Under the pieces are notes generated by a model. It saw only the letters and a list, made by a program, of their open reading frames with translations. It ran no database searches and was not told the DNA's origin. From positions 35,466,001 through 35,530,000 of the forward strand of contig CM059432.1 in NCBI GenBank assembly GCA_030390025.1: a stretch of 64,000 nucleotides of DNA. Reading direction: 5' to 3'. Source of the DNA: Squalus acanthias (lineage: Eukaryota). The position numbers were made by a program, and so were the translations under genes. Below are positions 60,672 to 64,000 of this stretch, piece by piece. The stretch's first letter is position 1, and each line of letters opens with the position of its first letter.

Positions 60672-61352
60672 GTTGGGAAGACCAAAGCTATTGTTTTCGG
60701 TCCCTGCCACAAACTTTGTTCCCTAGCCACTGACTCCATCCCTCTCCCTAACATCTGTCTGAAGCTGAACCACACTGTTCGCAACCTTGGTGTCATATTT
60801 GACCCTGAAATGAGCTTCCGACTACATATCCACAGCATAACTAAGACCGCCTATTTCCACCTCCGTAACATCGCCTGTCTCCGCCCTTGCCTCACCTCAT
60901 CCGCTGCTGAAACCCTCATCCCATGCCTTTGTTACCTCTAGACTTGACTATTCCAACGCACTCCTGGCTGGCCTCCCACATTCTACCCTACGTAAACTTG
61001 AGGTGATCCAAAACTCGGCTGCCCGTGTCCTAACTCGCACCAAGTCCCGTTCGCCCATCACCCCTGTGCTCGCTGACCTACATTGGCTCCCGGTTAAGCA
61101 ACGCCTCGAGTTCAAAATTTTCATCCTTTGTTTTCAAATCCCTCCATGGCCTCGCCCCTCCTTATCTCTAATCTCCTCCAGCCCCACAACCCCCCGAGAT
61201 ATCTGCGCTCCTCTAATTCTGCCCTCTTGAGCATCCCTGATTATAATCGCTCAACCATTGGTGGCCGTGCCTTCTGTTGCCTAGGCCCCAAGCTCATTGC
61301 CTAGCTACCTCTCTTTCCTCCTTTAAGACACTTCTTAAAACCTACCTCTTTG
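60672..61352 (+). mobile_element. L2 3' coding fragment
   Basis: VRNLGVIFD, AYFHLRNI, IQNSAARVL, LHWLPV. Confidence 0.9.
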
Positions 61353-62214
61353 GCGAGTGCTGAGTTACTGTGGTGAGGGTTCAAATCCCAGGGTGTAGAA
61401 GTTAAAAGTTAGGAGGTAATAAGTGAGAAGTGAATTTAAGGGGAGCAGGGGGGATACTTTTCACCCAAAGGGTAATCAACTTGGTCGGGGGAGTGGGGAA
61501 GTATGCTGGGAAGGACACTGCAGTGAACAGTATGAGTGGGTTTAAGAGAAAAGGGATTGATAGAGGGGTAGTTGGGGGTTGGCCTGATCCAAAAGAGGCA
61601 AGTTGAGCCACCTCCTGAATATTCTTGGGTTCAAAGAAGCGGCACTTGTTCCAAATTAACCCCCTGTTGGTCAGTGATTGGCACAAGTGAGGCCAGAGAG
61701 TGGAAGACCTTTAGGTCATCCCAAACGGCTAACCAGTCTCGTGTTCCTGATTGTAGTTGAGCAGGATATAATTTAATTTCTATTGAGATCCTCTTGTAAA
61801 ATGGTGAACATTGATCAAGGGGTTAAATATTGAGTGCTGTTGAGGGAGTCAATTGATGTTGTGGTCACATGGAAGAGTTTTTATGGGGCTTTTGAAGGTG
61901 GGTTGTCAGGTGAAATAGGCTTGGGAGAAAATGCTAGAGCATATGGTTGTAACGCAGAAGGATCATCCTTCATGGAGCAAGCAGGGATCAAGCCATGATC
62001 GAGGAGCAGAGGATGCAGTTAGGGAAGATTGCATAGCTAGGGTGAAGACCAGGATAAGTACCTGCAACCTTTGAAGGGGAGCAAGGGGTTCTTCCGGTGC
62101 CCACGCCAACATTGCTGCCTCAACTAACGCCGACTGAAGCAGGTCATCCATCCCATTGTTATTTGTGTGTTCATAATAAGAGGAACACATCCTCTGTGTT
62201 TGTTTAAATACCGG

Positions 62215-62655
62215 GCTTAAAAGGTAAAATTGTGAGGACAGGTTGCATAAACTTGGCTTGTATTCCCTGGCGTATAGAAGGTTGAGGGGTGATCAGATCG
62301 AGTGTTTAAAATGTTAAAATGATTTGCTAGAGCAGATACAGAGAAACTATTTCCTCTGATGGGGGAATCAAGAACAGGGGGACATAATCTTAAAATTAGA
62401 GCTAGGCCATTTAGGAGAGAAATCACAAAACCCTTTTTCACGCAAGGGTAGTTGAAATCTGGAACTCGCTCCCCTATAAGGCTGTGGGTGCTGGGACAAT
62501 TGGAGCTTTCAAGGTAGAGATCAATAGATGTTTATTGGGTAACGGTATCAAGGGATATGCAACTAAGGCAGGTGAATGGAGTTGAGGTAAAGATCAGCTA
62601 CGATCTAATTCAATGAAGGAATAGGCTCGAGGGGCTGAATGGCTTATTCCTGTTT
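62215..62655 (+). mobile_element. CR1 3' fragment
   Basis: Terminal GGCTCGAGGGGCTGAATGGC motif and C-terminal coding remnants. Confidence 0.8.
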
Positions 62656-62756
62656 TTATAACAACAGCCTTTGCACATCCTTCCTGATGGTTCCAAGAGA
62701 CATGATAAAGGTGCTCAAATATGCAAGGTTTTTTTCCTTCCTTTTCTTCCTTTTGT

Positions 62757-63190
62757 GTCAGCCGTGGCTCAGGGGTAGTTCTCTCACTTTTGAGTCAGAA
62801 GGTCGTGCATTCACGTTCCGCTCCAAAGACTTGAGCACATAATCCAGGCTGACACTCCACTACAATACTGAGGGAGTGCTGCGGCGTTGGATGTGCCATC
62901 TTTCGGATGAGATGTTAAACCAAGTCTGCTTTCTCAGGTGGGTATAAAAGATGCCATGGTGGCACTATTGGAAGAAGAGCAGGGGAGTTCTCCTGGTGTC
63001 CTGGCCGATATTTATCCCTCAACCAACATCACTAAAGTAGATTATCTGGTTATTCATCTCATTTTAGCTGTTTGTGAGACCTTGCTGCATGCAAATCGGC
63101 TGCTGCATTTCGTACATTACAACCGACTACACTGGCTGTGAAGGACTTTGCGATGTCCTGAGGTTGTGAAATACAAGTTCTTTCTTTCTG
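62757..63190 (+). mobile_element. Deu-domain SINE
   Basis: Head, core and tail present. Confidence 0.84.
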
Positions 63191-63519
63191 AGGATGTTCT
63201 TGAAGGCCTGCTACCTCTCATTCTAGTTACGCACAAGTATCTTGTCTTCCGCTGTTAGGGATGGCGGGGGGCGCGGGGTTGCTTAGCCTCTCATCTGTGG
63301 CTATTGTGGTTGATTGTTTAAGAAAAGCCAAGTTCTGCAATATCAGTTTTCCTGTTTCCAATGTGCCAACCTTTCACTATTACTTATTTTCCTTTCTCTG
63401 ATATTGTGGCTTTCAAAGGGGAAGCAGACATGTGTTTGTCTCACAGTTTGATGCATGACCAGCTGCGTGACCTGCTAGGGGCTGCTTGTAGTGAAAGCAT
63501 CAGCTTTCTCCCCTCTTGA

Positions 63520-64000
63520 AGGTATGTGAAAAGGAAAAGACTGGCGAAGGTAAATGTAGGTCCTTTACAGTCAGAGACAGGAGAATTTATAATGGGGAAT
63601 GAGGAAATGGCAGAGAAATTAAATAAATACTTTGTTTCTGTCTTCACGGAGGAAGACACAAAAAACCTCCCAGAAATACGAGAAAACCAAGGTGGCGAGA
63701 ATGAGGAACTTAAAGAAATTATTATTAGTAAAAAAACAGTATTAGCAAAATTAATGGGACTAAAAGTCGATAAATCCCAAGGACAGGATGACCTACATCC
63801 TAGGGTTTTGAAAGAGGTGGCCATTGGGATAGTGGACGCATTGGTTGTCATCTTCCAAAATTCTATAGATTCTGGAACGGTTCCTGCAGATTGGAGGATA
63901 GCAAATGTAACCCCGCTATTTAAGAAAAGAGGGAGAGAGAAAACGGGGAACTACAGACCTGTTAGCCTCACATCAGTAGTTGGGAAAATGCTGGAATCTA
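63520..64000 (+). mobile_element. CR1 LINE linker and RT start, runs off the window
   Basis: + strand reads MAEKLNKYFVSVFT...PADWRIANVTPLFKK...NYRPVSLT. Confidence 0.92.

Larger units (their letters stand above)
4501..64000 (+). other. Probable intron 1 of the NBEAL gene (>59 kb, runs off the window)
   Basis: Canonical donor at 4501. No exon resembling the expected continuation (KDxxYLxxWL) was found by eye or in the ORF track; a short exon could have been missed. Confidence 0.6.

Noticed and set aside
63448..63521. Possible exon 2 (CTCACAG acceptor ... AAG|GTATGT donor)
   Set aside because: No NBEAL-like translation, and the donor coincides with the start of a CR1 fragment.

Overview
Eukaryotic, repeat-dense vertebrate DNA. 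The repeat content (Deu-domain SacSINE1-like SINEs, CR1/L2/RTE/Penelope retroelements, Harbinger transposons) points to a shark or other chondrichthyan. One host gene is recognisable: a CpG-island promoter and first coding exon (4450-4500, MASKERLYELWMLYFTK, GTGAGT donor) of a neurobeachin-like BEACH gene. It is most likely NBEAL2; NBEAL1 is not excluded. The rest appears to be a >59 kb first intron filled with nested elements, and I could not find exon 2. Best leads: (1) a single-ORF APE-RT LINE family whose 5' end is a tRNA-type SINE head and whose sense strand has no TTTT run in any copy read, a candidate Pol III-transcribed protein-coding retrotransposon that spawns head+tail SINEs; (2) a candidate alternative first exon (48036-48077) in an ETS/GATA/RUNX cluster; (3) a minimal hammerhead ribozyme in a Penelope element; (4) an LF-SINE-like relic; (5) a Harbinger transposase/Myb element with related non-autonomous elements. 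Family names and protein comparisons are from memory, not database searches. Repeat boundaries are approximate unless TIRs or TSDs are quoted.
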